Positions 10,758 through 21,079 are shown, counted from the first letter of the stretch. The stretch is DNA of 64,000 bases from Nitrospirota bacterium (GCA_963737155.1 CAVTRN010000002.1:768001-832000); one strand, 5' to 3'. Notes: generated from the sequence alone by a model not told the origin. Program-made: numbers and translations.

Positions 10758-11152
10758 ATGAGAACCTTTTCACCTTCCTCTTTCTGGCACGGGCATTCTT
10801 ATCAATATTCATCGTCCTGCTGTTTCTCAGATGGTTCCTGGCTAAACCCGCATTCCAGCAGTTGAGCCCAGTGTTTGAGATTTGCGTGGGATGGGTGATT
10901 ATCGGGTTCAAGACATGCTTTGCGATCACCTCGATTTTTGAGGGTGTGCTGCTGACATTTAAAAAGTCCTTGTTTCCCTATGGTTGGATTGAAAGGATTG
11001 TTGTCTTGCTGTTTCTGCACACGATCCGGCTCGGAATAGATTTTGGCACCAACAAGAACAGAATAAGCAATTTCTTCATCAAGATGCATAATTTCGTCAC
11101 CATGAGCGCCCGTGAGCAGAGAGCTTCCGGGGCGGTGCCGTTTCATATTTGA
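10758..11152 (+). pseudogene. Possible frameshifted small membrane protein between hpnA and hpnH
   Basis: SD-like AGGAAGGA + ATG 10758; one extra T in the run at 10767-10770 would join it to a hydrophobic frame ending at 11152. Confidence 0.3.
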
Positions 11153-11161
11153 GAGGTTTCC

Positions 11162-12163
11162 ATGCGCTTTCCAGTCAGTTTGTATGCGTCATTAACTTCA
11201 TTTTTCGCGAGGAACGCCCTTACAGGCGTCAAGAGGTTCCCGCTCGTCCTCATGCTTGAGCCGACACACCGGTGCAATCTTGCCTGCGCCGGCTGTGATA
11301 GGATACGGCTGTACGATCGCGACCACACCGCAGACCTCTCCCTCGACCAGTGCATCGACGCGGCTTTGGAATCACGCGCGCCGGTCGTGACGGTTACGGG
11401 AGGCGAACCACTTTTATACAAAGATTTGAAGCTTCTCGTACGGGAGCTGCTCCGGCTGAAGCGGCATGTCTATCTCTGCTCGAACGGCATCCTTACCGGT
11501 GACTTTATCGAGGACTTCACACCAAACCCGAGACTGACTCTTAATATTCATCTGGACGGGATGGAAGAGACGCATGACCGTATTACCTGCAAACCCGGAA
11601 CGTTCAAAAAGGCGACCGCTTCGATTAGGTTAGCGAAACAAAAGGGTTTCCGCGTGAGCACCAATACGTCGGTGTACAAAAACTCCGACATCGGAGAGTT
11701 GGAGAGGTTGTTCGAAACCCTCAAAGGCTTTCAGGTAGACGGCATCCTGATGTCTCCCGCCTTCAATTATGAACGGGTCGAGAACGATATCTTTCTCAGC
11801 AGAGAGGAGGCAAGGGAAAAATTCAAGCGGATGGATTTTTTTAAAAAATTCCCATTCATCAGTTCCCCCCTCTATATCGACTTTCTAAAGGGGAACAGGC
11901 ACCTACACTGTACTCCCTGGGGCAATCCGACGCGCAATCCGCTGGGTTGGAAATCCCCCTGCTACCTGATCACCGACGGTTACTATCCGTCGTTCCGCGA
12001 ATTGATGGAAAAGACCCCTTGGGACCGGTACGAGGCTGGAACCGATCCGCGGTGTCGTGACTGCATGGTACACAGCGGATATGAGGCGACCGTGCAAAGA
12101 ATCGCATTTTCCCATCCGAAGGACTTTGTCAGGCTTGTCATCTGGAACCTGGGAAAAACCTGA
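11162..12163 (+). CDS. hpnH: Adenosylhopane synthase (radical SAM)
   Basis: FPLVLMLEP, CNLACAGC, CTPWGNPT, SPCYL and CRDCMVHSGYE motifs. Confidence 0.92.
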   Translation: MRFPVSLYASLTSFFARNALTGVKRFPLVLMLEPTHRCNLACAGCDRIRLYDRDHTADLSLDQCIDAALESRAPVVTVTGGEPLLYKDLKLLVRELLRLKRHVYLCSNGILTGDFIEDFTPNPRLTLNIHLDGMEETHDRITCKPGTFKKATASIRLAKQKGFRVSTNTSVYKNSDIGELERLFETLKGFQVDGILMSPAFNYERVENDIFLSREEAREKFKRMDFFKKFPFISSPLYIDFLKGNRHLHCTPWGNPTRNPLGWKSPCYLITDGYYPSFRELMEKTPWDRYEAGTDPRCRDCMVHSGYEATVQRIAFSHPKDFVRLVIWNLGKT

Positions 12164-12177
12164 GGAGGTCCGTAGTC

Positions 12178-13035
12178 ATGCTTCTCCTCAGCACGGTCCT
12201 CCTCAGGCCCTACGTGTTCGTCTTCCTTGCTGTCTACCTTGGCGGGTGCTCACTGCACTTGGGGCTGAAAAGGGCCCTCCTCTTCGCAGTCGCAGGATAC
12301 CTCATCGCGTGGCTGTCTGAATTCTCGTCCATCCACAACGGCTTTCCCTATGGGCATTATTACTATATTGACGGCACGAAGGGGAAAGAAATATGGTTCC
12401 TGGGCGTTCCGCTCATGGACTCGATCAGTTATGTCTTTCTTGCTTATGCGAGCTATTCTCTGGCGCTTCTCATCTTCTCGCCTCTTCGCCGCTCAAGATG
12501 GATGGTATACGTCCTTGAAACAAAAAAAATAAGGGACTCCGTTCAGGTGAGAATTCTCGGGGCACTCTTGCTCGTCTATCTCGATATCATCATCGACCCT
12601 GTCGCCTTGCGGGGCGATCACTGGTTTCTCGGCCGGATCTACGGCTACCCCGAACAGGGGGTTTATTTCGGCGTCCCTCTCTCAAACTTTATCGGATGGT
12701 TCGCGGTGGGCTTTTCAATGATCTACGTTCTGCAAAAGATCGATCAGTACCTGCGGAGAAAAGGAGACTCGGACCTGATCGGGTACAAATATCCCTGGCG
12801 ATTCCTGATTGGCCCCATCCTGTATTTTGGCGTAATAGTTTTCAATTTATCGATCACGTTCTTCATCCGGGAGCACATGCTCGGATGGACGGGTATCTTC
12901 ATCGTGCTGCTGCCCGCGTTCCTCCTGTACGTGATCGTGCGAGGTAAGATTTCACAGGAAAGTGTCGAGACGGCACTGGCGGATCATTACAGGGATTTCC
13001 CCCAAGCGATGGCCGGGATCTATGAGGGGCGTTAA
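12178..13035 (+). CDS. CruF-like (DUF422/carotenoid biosynthesis family) membrane protein
   Basis: GFPYGHYYY, GVPL, DIIIDPVA and YFGVPLSNFIGW motifs. Confidence 0.75.
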   Translation: MLLLSTVLLRPYVFVFLAVYLGGCSLHLGLKRALLFAVAGYLIAWLSEFSSIHNGFPYGHYYYIDGTKGKEIWFLGVPLMDSISYVFLAYASYSLALLIFSPLRRSRWMVYVLETKKIRDSVQVRILGALLLVYLDIIIDPVALRGDHWFLGRIYGYPEQGVYFGVPLSNFIGWFAVGFSMIYVLQKIDQYLRRKGDSDLIGYKYPWRFLIGPILYFGVIVFNLSITFFIREHMLGWTGIFIVLLPAFLLYVIVRGKISQESVETALADHYRDFPQAMAGIYEGR

Positions 13036-13165
13036 AGACCAGCGCCCGCTTAGGAAATTTTCTTGAATAAATTCTCAGGAACTGGAGTTGTACAAGAATA
13101 GCAGGTGCAGTTCGGACATGTGATGGTTACTCCGGCGGACTTGCAGTTGCGACAATGATTTTTTA

Positions 13166-13477
13166 TCAATGCCCTGCCGGAAAGAATGTGTAGCTCACCC
13201 AGACGAGGATGCAGAACAGGCCGATGCCAAGGCCGATGCTCCACCCGATCGACTTCTTCTTCACGGGAAGGGGCGAACCCCTTCCATCGTTATCGCCAGT
13301 CTCAAAATCACTGCATCGTTGCCATGAAGAGAGAAACAGTTCGTGTCTGCTGCAGATTCCCGCGTCGGACCGCACGGATGCATAAGCAGAGCTGAGCACA
13401 TTCAACCCGGGAAAGGTTGCTTCGATCAGCGCGGAATCATTCGCGAAAAATCTGCAGCTGATGCACCGCTCATTCAT
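13166..13477 (-). CDS. Small four-cysteine protein with C-terminal TM helix
   Basis: SD AGGAG, ATG 13477; CISC...GIC...WQRC; directly downstream of the YeiH-family gene. Confidence 0.6.
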   Translation of the reverse strand: MNERCISCRFFANDSALIEATFPGLNVLSSAYASVRSDAGICSRHELFLSSWQRCSDFETGDNDGRGSPLPVKKKSIGWSIGLGIGLFCILVWVSYTFFPAGH

Positions 13478-13517
13478 AGCCTTCTCCTGACGCGCGTCAG
13501 CCCTCCGGCCCAGAATG

Positions 13518-14921
13518 CTACTTGCCGAGATTTGACCAGTAATTACCGAATACATACACCGACAGGACGAACCCAAGCAGCACGTTAATTGCCACCCCGA
13601 TAGTGAAAGCGCCGAATGGTTTCCAGCCGGCTGCTTTCAAGTCCTTAAACCGGGTAGTAAGCCCTATGCTAAGGAAGCAGAAAATAAACGCCCACGACCT
13701 GAGGGAAACGATAGGCATGATTAGGCCCGGTTTTACAACCTTACCGAAGTCCGCGGCAGAGTAGCCGGCCGTTATCATGGTCATGAAAAGCGAAGCTACG
13801 AAGAACCCGATGACGAATTTCGGGAACCTCCACCAGATTTCCATGGCGCTGGGCTTTACACCGCATTCCTCTTTTTCCCACTTCATACAGGCAATAAGCG
13901 CGAAGACGAATGACCAGATACCAATCCACATGTCCCTGCCGATGACCTTCATGAGGGTGAATGCCTGTATGGAGGCATTCTCATTGCCAGCCATCCGGCC
14001 ATAAGCGCTTGCTGCGGCAAAGCCGGCCGCGTCGGCGAACTCCGAGGTCCCCACCCAGGCGCCCGCGTCTCCCGCACTCAGATTGAGGGCCTTAGAAGCG
14101 AAGGGAATAAAAAAGATCATGATCAAGGCCCATACTACCACAAGCGTGACCGAGGTGTAGAGATCCTCTTTTTTCGCCCGTACCGAGCTTGCGATTGCCA
14201 TGGATGCGGACACGCCACAGACCGCGCCTCCCACGCCGATAACGGAGGCAAGTCGCTTGTCGAGACCGAACACCTTCGTGGCAACAAAATAGATGGTGAG
14301 GCATGTCGTCAGGGAGATTATTGTGGCCTGGAGCAGGGCGATAGGCCCTGCTGAGGCGATGAGAGTGATGGGGAACGTCGCCCCGAGCAGCACGATTCCA
14401 GTCTTGATGTAGTACTCCACCCGGAACCCCGCATCCATCCATTTGGGCAGAGGGACGATGTTTGCGATAAGAAGCCCGATGATCAGCGCGACCAGAGGCG
14501 GCTCCAGGTTGTACTTGGAAGCATTAATCCACCCGCCGATCGAGAACATGATGATGGACAGCACGTAGAGCACGATGAAGGAGGGGAGAAACTCCGAAGT
14601 CTTGATGCCTATGATTTTTGTGGAAATGCCAAAAATGACGAGCCAGAAAATCAATTGCAGGGCGTACAAGTGGATATTGCTGCGAAAGTGGTCGATCAAC
14701 TGGCCGAAGGACGACCACTTTAATCCTCCGGGATTTATGGCGAGCGACTTTACGAGGGTGCTTCCATTTAGAAAAGCGACCAGTGAGATGAGCACGATCC
14801 CAACCCCGAGATAGATCGCCCACCAGTCTTCTTTCAGGTAGAACTCTTTCCAGCCCATCTGCACCGGTTTCGGCGGAGATTCAACAACACATTGCTTTGT
14901 CTCACAATTATCGGTTGCCAT
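13518..14921 (-). CDS. YeiH/PSE putative sulfate exporter family transporter
   Basis: Polytopic; YIKTGIVLLG, GGAVCGVSA, WVGTSEFADAAG and FPKFVIGF motifs. Confidence 0.88.
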   Translation of the reverse strand: MATDNCETKQCVVESPPKPVQMGWKEFYLKEDWWAIYLGVGIVLISLVAFLNGSTLVKSLAINPGGLKWSSFGQLIDHFRSNIHLYALQLIFWLVIFGISTKIIGIKTSEFLPSFIVLYVLSIIMFSIGGWINASKYNLEPPLVALIIGLLIANIVPLPKWMDAGFRVEYYIKTGIVLLGATFPITLIASAGPIALLQATIISLTTCLTIYFVATKVFGLDKRLASVIGVGGAVCGVSASMAIASSVRAKKEDLYTSVTLVVVWALIMIFFIPFASKALNLSAGDAGAWVGTSEFADAAGFAAASAYGRMAGNENASIQAFTLMKVIGRDMWIGIWSFVFALIACMKWEKEECGVKPSAMEIWWRFPKFVIGFFVASLFMTMITAGYSAADFGKVVKPGLIMPIVSLRSWAFIFCFLSIGLTTRFKDLKAAGWKPFGAFTIGVAINVLLGFVLSVYVFGNYWSNLGK

Positions 14922-16135
14922 GCATTATACCCTCCTATTGCCTTTGAAATTTTCAAATACCGCAAAGAGCAAGGTCATGTCATTTTTCTGCGGCGCCTAT
15001 GCAGCAAGACCATGCAGCGTTATCGATAAGTTGCATGATTGAGCGCCTGGTCTACCTAGCGGGCGCTTCCGGGCAGTCAAAGTAGTGCAAGCGCAACATA
15101 ATGCATGTTGCACACAGGAATTGGGTTCTCCTCTCGTGTTTTTCTGAGAACCGCGTCCGCTCTGGATGGACAGGACCTTCTTTACCGGCATTGTTTTGTT
15201 TGTCACGATCACCTTGAGCGCGAGCCGTGTGCATGAGGAGCGAACAGGTTTCGCTGAACAAGTTTTTTCATTTGCAACGTGAACTTGATGCGAAAAAAAA
15301 GAAACAGAAAACACTCATCCTGGCATTTCGGTTTTCCAAAAAGTATAGAAATACGAAAGCTCAGCGTTGTTGAATCGCCGACAGTGCACTTTATTTATTA
15401 TTAGCCGTTTGTGCCCGGCAAACCGTTTAAAGAAGACTGAAATGGTGAACTTGATGCCCGTATGGCAAAAAAAGCATACAGCCGCATGTTCTTTGGTGAA
15501 ATGTGTTCGGCATGACATGAAAGTCTATCTTGATGATTCAATTGAAAGCGGAAACTTGAAATGATAAATAAGTTTATAGCTGATCGAAGGAAATGTCAAC
15601 GGGAAATTGGGGGATTCTAAGGCAATGGAAGTGTAAGGGCAAGCAGGCGAAAACTGTGACGCAAAAATAATGCAAACCGGGGAGTTTGAATATGGTATCG
15701 AGACGTATTTATCTATTGAATGGTTGATGATGTTACACTTGGCTTCTGCCAATGCTCCGCGGTCATTCATGCCCAAAATATTTCTGCCACATTCACGAAA
15801 TTATAATTTTTGACAATCCTCATATCTGTTTGTTTTCCTTAACAGACTTTTTTTACCGCATGAAACATCATGTCGCTATTTTCTTCGAAAAGCATTACTC
15901 CATACTAAATCTCAATTATATATGCAGGTATAGTAATCTCACGGCAAAATGGAACCACAGAACCCGCACCTGCTCAATGCGGTCCGCCAGTTCATCGATT
16001 TTACGGGATAGATAGAACAGGCGGGCTGACGAAACCCTGCCTGATTTAGTGTAGCATTCTTCCGAAGATACTTTGCCAGAAGAAGTCTTATAATCGGAGG
16101 GACTTCTCAATTTTAAGCATTCCTGCATTTCCCCA

Positions 16136-16981
16136 TCAAGAGCCTTTTTTTGCGACCAGAACGGCGCAGTCCGCCAGTCCAATAACCTTTTCTGTTGTAC
16201 TCCCCATCAGGAGCCTTTTGAGTCCCGTTTTCCCGTACGCGCCCATGACGACCAGATCGACGCCCATGCTTTTTGCGGTCTCTGCTATGACCTCATGGGG
16301 TTTCCCGACGAGGGCCATCGTCTCGGCGTGAATACCGGCCTGCTGTGCCGCCAGCGCGATATCGCCGGCGTTCACCCGCGCCTTGTCTTTCTCGTCTTCC
16401 GAGGGAACCACAGCAATGGCTATCAGGCGGCTTCCACAGCGTTTTGCAATTTCAATCGCCTCTGTTCCCGCTGTACGTGCATGATCCGATCCGTCCGTTG
16501 CAACCAAAACATTCTTGAACCCGATTCCCGCTGCCCGGGGAACAACCAGAACCTTGCACGGCGCGTGTCCGATGACCTTCGCGGCAGCGCTGCCGAGGAA
16601 AACCTTCTCCAGCCCGCTGCGGCCGTGCCTTCCGACTGCAATCATATCAATTTTATTTTGCGCCGCTTCTTCAACGATAAGCCGAGAGGCGCTGTCCCCG
16701 CGGCGCAAAATCGTCTCGCAGAACGGTAACTCATTTAGCGCTCTCACCTTGAGGGATGCTAGATACCGGGCGGCCTCCTCCGTTTCTTTCTGCAGAAGCT
16801 CTGCGCCGGCGGTCTCATATTCCGGATTTTTTTCTACAACCGTCATTACATAGAGCTTGCTCGAACAGTGCTTTGCAAAAGTTATTGCCGTGTTTATTGC
16901 ACCGTCGCTGAACCTCGAACGGTCCGTTGCTACAAGCAGTTTTTCAAGTTTTGACACGGGGCAGGACTGGCCGATATTCAT
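16136..16981 (-). CDS. Universal stress protein, tandem USP domains
   Basis: Two LVATD(R/G)S...G(R/A)xG...LGS...V domains. Confidence 0.92.
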   Translation of the reverse strand: MNIGQSCPVSKLEKLLVATDRSRFSDGAINTAITFAKHCSSKLYVMTVVEKNPEYETAGAELLQKETEEAARYLASLKVRALNELPFCETILRRGDSASRLIVEEAAQNKIDMIAVGRHGRSGLEKVFLGSAAAKVIGHAPCKVLVVPRAAGIGFKNVLVATDGSDHARTAGTEAIEIAKRCGSRLIAIAVVPSEDEKDKARVNAGDIALAAQQAGIHAETMALVGKPHEVIAETAKSMGVDLVVMGAYGKTGLKRLLMGSTTEKVIGLADCAVLVAKKGS

Positions 16982-17503
16982 GGTATCATCCTCCTTGCAT
17001 TTTCAATCTTTTTTCCGGCTTTCCGGGTATCTGTTTCAAAGTATACCAACTTTTCATCGCCCTAGTTGCCTGTCGGGTTCAATGTGCAGGGCTGAATTGG
17101 CAGGGTGAAACTGTTCTACCTTAATAATAAACAGCCGGGAGAAAAAATAATTGCAAATTAAACAGGTGAAATAAATATCACAGCAATGGCCAAGTAGAAT
17201 ACTTCTTAATCACTTACCTTCAGCATTTTTCTCATTTTTGCGTGCTCTTCGTGGCTAACATGACAACTTGCCTTCCTTGAGGCGTCTGACTATGACTGCG
17301 CCCGGTGCAACCCAAGGAATCATGGCTTCCTTATTATCTTTCGTGCTCACGTCCCACAAAAACCCCACAGAATTATTTTTCCTAAGCGGAGTCGATTTGC
17401 GTTTTACCCGCTCGTCGGTATGTCGGCAAACTCCGCAGATTATTTACGAGATGCGAAATCGCATCCGCCACACACGAGTTGAACTCTCCGCATCCGAATG
17501 ATC

Positions 17504-18121
17504 TTATGTCATCCTCGGCCCGGCATATGGCGGGACATCCGAGGGGAAGGAATACCTGCCCTCCAGTTTGTCAAGTGCACACCATAGTAAATTCTGAAGA
17601 TCATCATCAGTCTTATGTCCCAAGAATGTTTTTATCAATGTCTCGCGAATGGTAAGCATCAATGGGTCTTTTTTGAGGAACCGCAGGAACGTCCGAAGGC
17701 GTTTTTCCCCATCACCTATCTTCGATGCTGCATGTGGGTTCACAGCAGTTTTATAATATTCCTGCAGATAGATCAAAAACCATAGCTGCGTCATGTCATA
17801 AAAAAATTCGAGCGTCGGATAGTATCCGTATTTTTGCCTGATGTGCGCCTCAACGGATAAGTGGTTTTCGGGGATGCTCGGAAAGACAGCTATAAGCAGA
17901 CCTTCCGCGAAGTCTTCATAGAAAAAGGGAGAATCGGAATACTGCCGATTCTGACAGTGAGGACAGATAACTATATTAAGCTCCCAGTTCTGTAGGATTG
18001 TTTTTACCCAAGGTGTCCGGGAAATATCGATCCAGGTGGCGATTCGAGCCTGAAAGCTGCGTCTACAAGAGCCACAATAAAGTAATTCATTCGTGTAAGC
18101 TGCAGTCTGAAGTGTCGGCAT
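17504..18121 (-). CDS. CpXC-domain (zinc-binding) protein
   Basis: CGSC and CPHC pairs followed by FFYED; SD GAGGTG before ATG 18121. Confidence 0.7.
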   Translation of the reverse strand: MPTLQTAAYTNELLYCGSCRRSFQARIATWIDISRTPWVKTILQNWELNIVICPHCQNRQYSDSPFFYEDFAEGLLIAVFPSIPENHLSVEAHIRQKYGYYPTLEFFYDMTQLWFLIYLQEYYKTAVNPHAASKIGDGEKRLRTFLRFLKKDPLMLTIRETLIKTFLGHKTDDDLQNLLWCALDKLEGRYSFPSDVPPYAGPRMT

Positions 18122-18332
18122 TTGCTCACCTCTATAAATGAAATGCGTGTTTTTGTGAAGGCCGAAGACAACGCAGATACGATCGGAACCACGCCTCCTT
18201 TTCAGGAGAAGGATCACGGTGTCTGGGGGTGTCTGCACTGTCGGATTCATGCCGAGGCCGATCCGAGAGAAGGGAACGAGTTCTGATTTCGTTGTCTATC
18301 TTAGATACATGAATTTGAAAATAGAGGAGTGC

Positions 18333-18608
18333 CTACGTGGGAGGAGCGCGGGTTTCAGTCGATGAGGGAAGAACGCTCGGTAGATTACACGAAGTATCGA
18401 GTGTCGAGGAGCTTCTTGTCCAGCTGAGATGACAGTCAAAATTATAAGCGGTGTTAAACGCGGTATAGATGTGGCTATAGACGCTGTAAATAGAGGAGTC
18501 CTTGAGCGGAACCTCATCCTCAGCCGGATAGAAGGCGGGGATAAGCGCGAGAAAGAAAAGAACCACTACAATAAGAAGTGCAACTCTTTTCTGCAACAGT
18601 CCTTTCAT
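18333..18608 (-). CDS. Leaderless signal-anchored uORF ending in RAPP (candidate arrest peptide)
   Basis: MKGLLQKR + hydrophobic stretch; C-terminus ETRAPPT*; ATG 6 nt after a -10 box. Confidence 0.6.
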   Translation of the reverse strand: MKGLLQKRVALLIVVVLFFLALIPAFYPAEDEVPLKDSSIYSVYSHIYTAFNTAYNFDCHLSWTRSSSTLDTSCNLPSVLPSSTETRAPPT

Positions 18609-18614
18609 TCTCAA

Positions 18615-18643
18615 ATTATACGTGGTAAGAATATTTTAGTCAA
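18615..18643 (-). promoter_or_regulatory. Sigma70 promoter giving a leaderless transcript
   Basis: TTGACT-N17-TATAAT-N6-ATG. Confidence 0.7.
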
Positions 18644-19031
18644 GTCTCTTTCCAGCAAGTGAATTGATTCATAATGAATGTCACCCAAATGGATTTTGAA
18701 ATAGATCGTTGATAATCATAACTCTTGTTGCCGAAACCTGAGCCGCAAAAGAAGGATGTGTTACCTTGAGCTTGGCCTCCTCTGCGAGGTCGAGCCTGTC
18801 GTACTTTGCTGAATTGTATTTTTTCCCCGGCCAGCCAGAGTTGTTGTGTTACTCTTTGGTTGTGCCGATGGGGAGAACGGAGATAGCGTAACTAAGGGTT
18901 AAAAAAAGTGATATCAAGTAGAAATTAACTAAAAACGATGCAAAGCAGGGGATTCCGGCAGACGGGGCATTGCAGGATGATGGTCATGGCATCACGTTGT
19001 CAGTGTCTCATTGCGCAAAGCCTGCACGGTT

Positions 19032-19409
19032 CTATTTAGCCTTATGGTACTGGATATTGACTTCATAGGCAAGACTGGCGTGTCCGAAGGAATTGTTCAT
19101 GCCGCGGCAATAGACCTTTCCCTTTGTTGTTTTCTTATGGGATTTAGCCAGGCCCGCAACCACGGGGGCCAGATCGAAACCGCCGCCCGTACACCCTTCC
19201 TCCATGCATTTCATGTGAAAACCGGCGTAATCCGCGGACGAGAAACTGAGGGTACGATTCATTAATACCGAATCGAAACCGCGCCGGTAATAGGTCATGC
19301 GAAATTCGATCTTCGAGACTTTGGCATACCGCTCGGAAATCAGGCCAAAGGCGGCCAGGGCGATCCTCTCCATCTCCATCTTTTCTCTATAACTTTGTCT
19401 GTGGTTCAT
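19032..19409 (-). CDS. Hypothetical protein with Cys motif, downstream of csp
   Basis: SD AGGAG; CMEEGCTGGGFDL...YCRG...H. Confidence 0.65.
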   Translation of the reverse strand: MNHRQSYREKMEMERIALAAFGLISERYAKVSKIEFRMTYYRRGFDSVLMNRTLSFSSADYAGFHMKCMEEGCTGGGFDLAPVVAGLAKSHKKTTKGKVYCRGMNNSFGHASLAYEVNIQYHKAK

Positions 19410-19490
19410 TGCTCTCCTTTAGGATAAAAGACAAAAGCCCCACGCGGTAAGGATTCAAGATGCGGGACGATGATTCCGGATGCGACAGCA

Positions 19491-19527
19491 AAAGAAAAAA
19501 CAGGCCCTGAAATGACCAGGGCCTGTG
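19491..19527 (-). terminator. Intrinsic terminator after csp
   Basis: ACAGGCCCTG/CAGGGCCTGT stem followed by a U tract on the minus strand. Confidence 0.65.
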
Positions 19528-19544
19528 AAGGTCCAAACCTTTGA

Positions 19545-19745
19545 TTAGAGCTTTACAACGTTGGCTGCTTTGGGGCCTTTGGGTGAGTCGACAACGTCGA
19601 ACTGCACTGACTGGCCTTCGGCCAGCGACTTGAAGCCGCTGTCCTGAATGTCGCCGAAATGAACGAACACATCGCCGCCACTTTCACGGGAAATGAATCC
19701 AAAGCCTTTGGAATCATTGAACCACTTTACGGTGCCTGTTTCCAT
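19545..19745 (-). CDS. csp: Cold-shock protein
   Basis: GTVKWFN, KGFGFI and DVFVHF motifs. Confidence 0.97.
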   Translation of the reverse strand: METGTVKWFNDSKGFGFISRESGGDVFVHFGDIQDSGFKSLAEGQSVQFDVVDSPKGPKAANVVKL

Positions 19746-19790
19746 GATGAGCTACCTCCTTCTGGTGAATTGAAGCGACGGAAAAGGACA

Positions 19791-19836
19791 ACAAAAAAGC
19801 CGCAAAGCCTATCTGTCTTTGCGGTTTCCCTACAAG
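19791..19836 (-). promoter_or_regulatory. Terminator-like hairpin within the csp 5' leader
   Basis: CCGCAAAG...CTTTGCGG followed by CTTTTTTG, about 45 nt upstream of the start codon. Confidence 0.45.
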
Positions 19837-20064
19837 AACATCCGGAACTTCTTGATACTATAATCCCCCTTCTGCGCTGGAAAGTCAACGGTTATTATTG
19901 CCCGAGCGATATTAATGCCGACCGGGGATGCCTGAAGTGGCAGTGGTGGCGGGGAAAACATATTGATTTACAATTGGTTGCTGAAATATATTCCGAGATG
20001 CTCATCGAGTGGCCGGGATGGTAAGTCCCCTTTGGAAATAGCATCCCGAAGATGTACGGAGATG

Positions 20065-20093
20065 TTTACAATTGACTGCAAAACCCGTATAAT
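20065..20093 (+). promoter_or_regulatory. Sigma70 promoter for the RRM-rpsU operon
   Basis: TTTACA-N17-TATAAT. Confidence 0.55.
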
Positions 20094-20365
20094 AACTATA
20101 TACAACATCAACGGGGTAAGGCCCTCTCATTTTGGAGCGAGATGCCGTCCGCGCCTCATCATCGATCACTGACTCTTCCTGCTCTCACCTGTTCCTGCGT
20201 AAAAAAGCGACAGCATGCCTGGTTGGCGAACGATGCGGTTTTTGCGGACACCCCGCGCGATTCGGCGTCCCCACTTCGGGGACGCGGTGTTATGGCGGAG
20301 AAGATGTAAACGCGCTGTGCGGCAACGACCGTCAGCGCGAAAATTAAATCACACAGGGAGGCAGC

Positions 20366-20707
20366 ATGGGGAAGAAGCTTTATGTGGGGAATTTGTCATA
20401 TAACACCCACGAGGAAGATTTGCGGGATGCATTCTCGAAGATCGGCGAGGTGGTGTCTGCCACGCTGATCGTGGATCAGACGAACGGCAGGTCCAAGGGT
20501 TTCGGTTTCGTGGAAATGGCGTCGGACGAGGATGCGGCAAAGGCAATCTCATCCATGAACGGCACAATGTTCATGGACCGGACGATCACGGTGAACGAGG
20601 CCAAGCCGAAGACTGACCGCTCGGGGTCGGGCGGCGGCGGTGGCGGCGGTAGGGGTGGTCGCGGCGGATACGGCGGTGGCGGCGGAGGGGGCAGGTCGTG
20701 GAGGTAA
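20366..20707 (+). CDS. RRM RNA-binding protein with Gly/Arg-rich tail
   Basis: KLYVGNL (RNP2), KGFGFVEM (RNP1), GGR tail. Confidence 0.95.
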   Translation: MGKKLYVGNLSYNTHEEDLRDAFSKIGEVVSATLIVDQTNGRSKGFGFVEMASDEDAAKAISSMNGTMFMDRTITVNEAKPKTDRSGSGGGGGGGRGGRGGYGGGGGGGRSWR

Positions 20708-20961
20708 GGGTCCTGTCCCGAGACATCGAAAAGGCCCTGCGTAATCTGAAAAAGAAACTCCAACTCGACGGAGTATTCGGGGAACTGAAGAAGCGGCGCT
20801 ATTACGAAAAGCCCTCGGTGAAGAAAAAGAGGAAGCGGCTGGAGGCTCAGAAGCGGAAGCGCAAGCTCCTCAACAAGCGACCGCGGCCATCTGGTTCGGG
20901 GCCGCGTCCGGACAGGCCGTCGCAGTCACCCGCTGCATCGAACGACCAAGCCCGAAATTGA
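20698..20961 (+). CDS. rpsU: 30S ribosomal protein S21 with C-terminal extension
   Basis: IEKALRNLKKK...RRYYEKPSVKKKRK; GTG start overlaps the RRM gene. Confidence 0.85.
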   Translation: MEVRVLSRDIEKALRNLKKKLQLDGVFGELKKRRYYEKPSVKKKRKRLEAQKRKRKLLNKRPRPSGSGPRPDRPSQSPAASNDQARN

Positions 20962-21079
20962 GGGAACGCGGTAATCGAAAAGGGGCAAAGCAGTGGAGAG
21001 CAGCGGGTCGGACCGTTGTCCGGCCCGCCCTTATGAAGGCACGGTTCAGTTCGTAAATTTCTTTCCGAGGAGGCATGGA

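Noticed and set aside
14968-14984. Sigma54-like TGACATGACCTTGC upstream of the YeiH gene
   Set aside because: Lacks the invariant GG and the spacing is one base short
14997-16130. Short ORFs in the gap between the YeiH and USP genes
   Set aside because: No recognisable motifs or ribosome-binding sites; likely regulatory or decayed DNA
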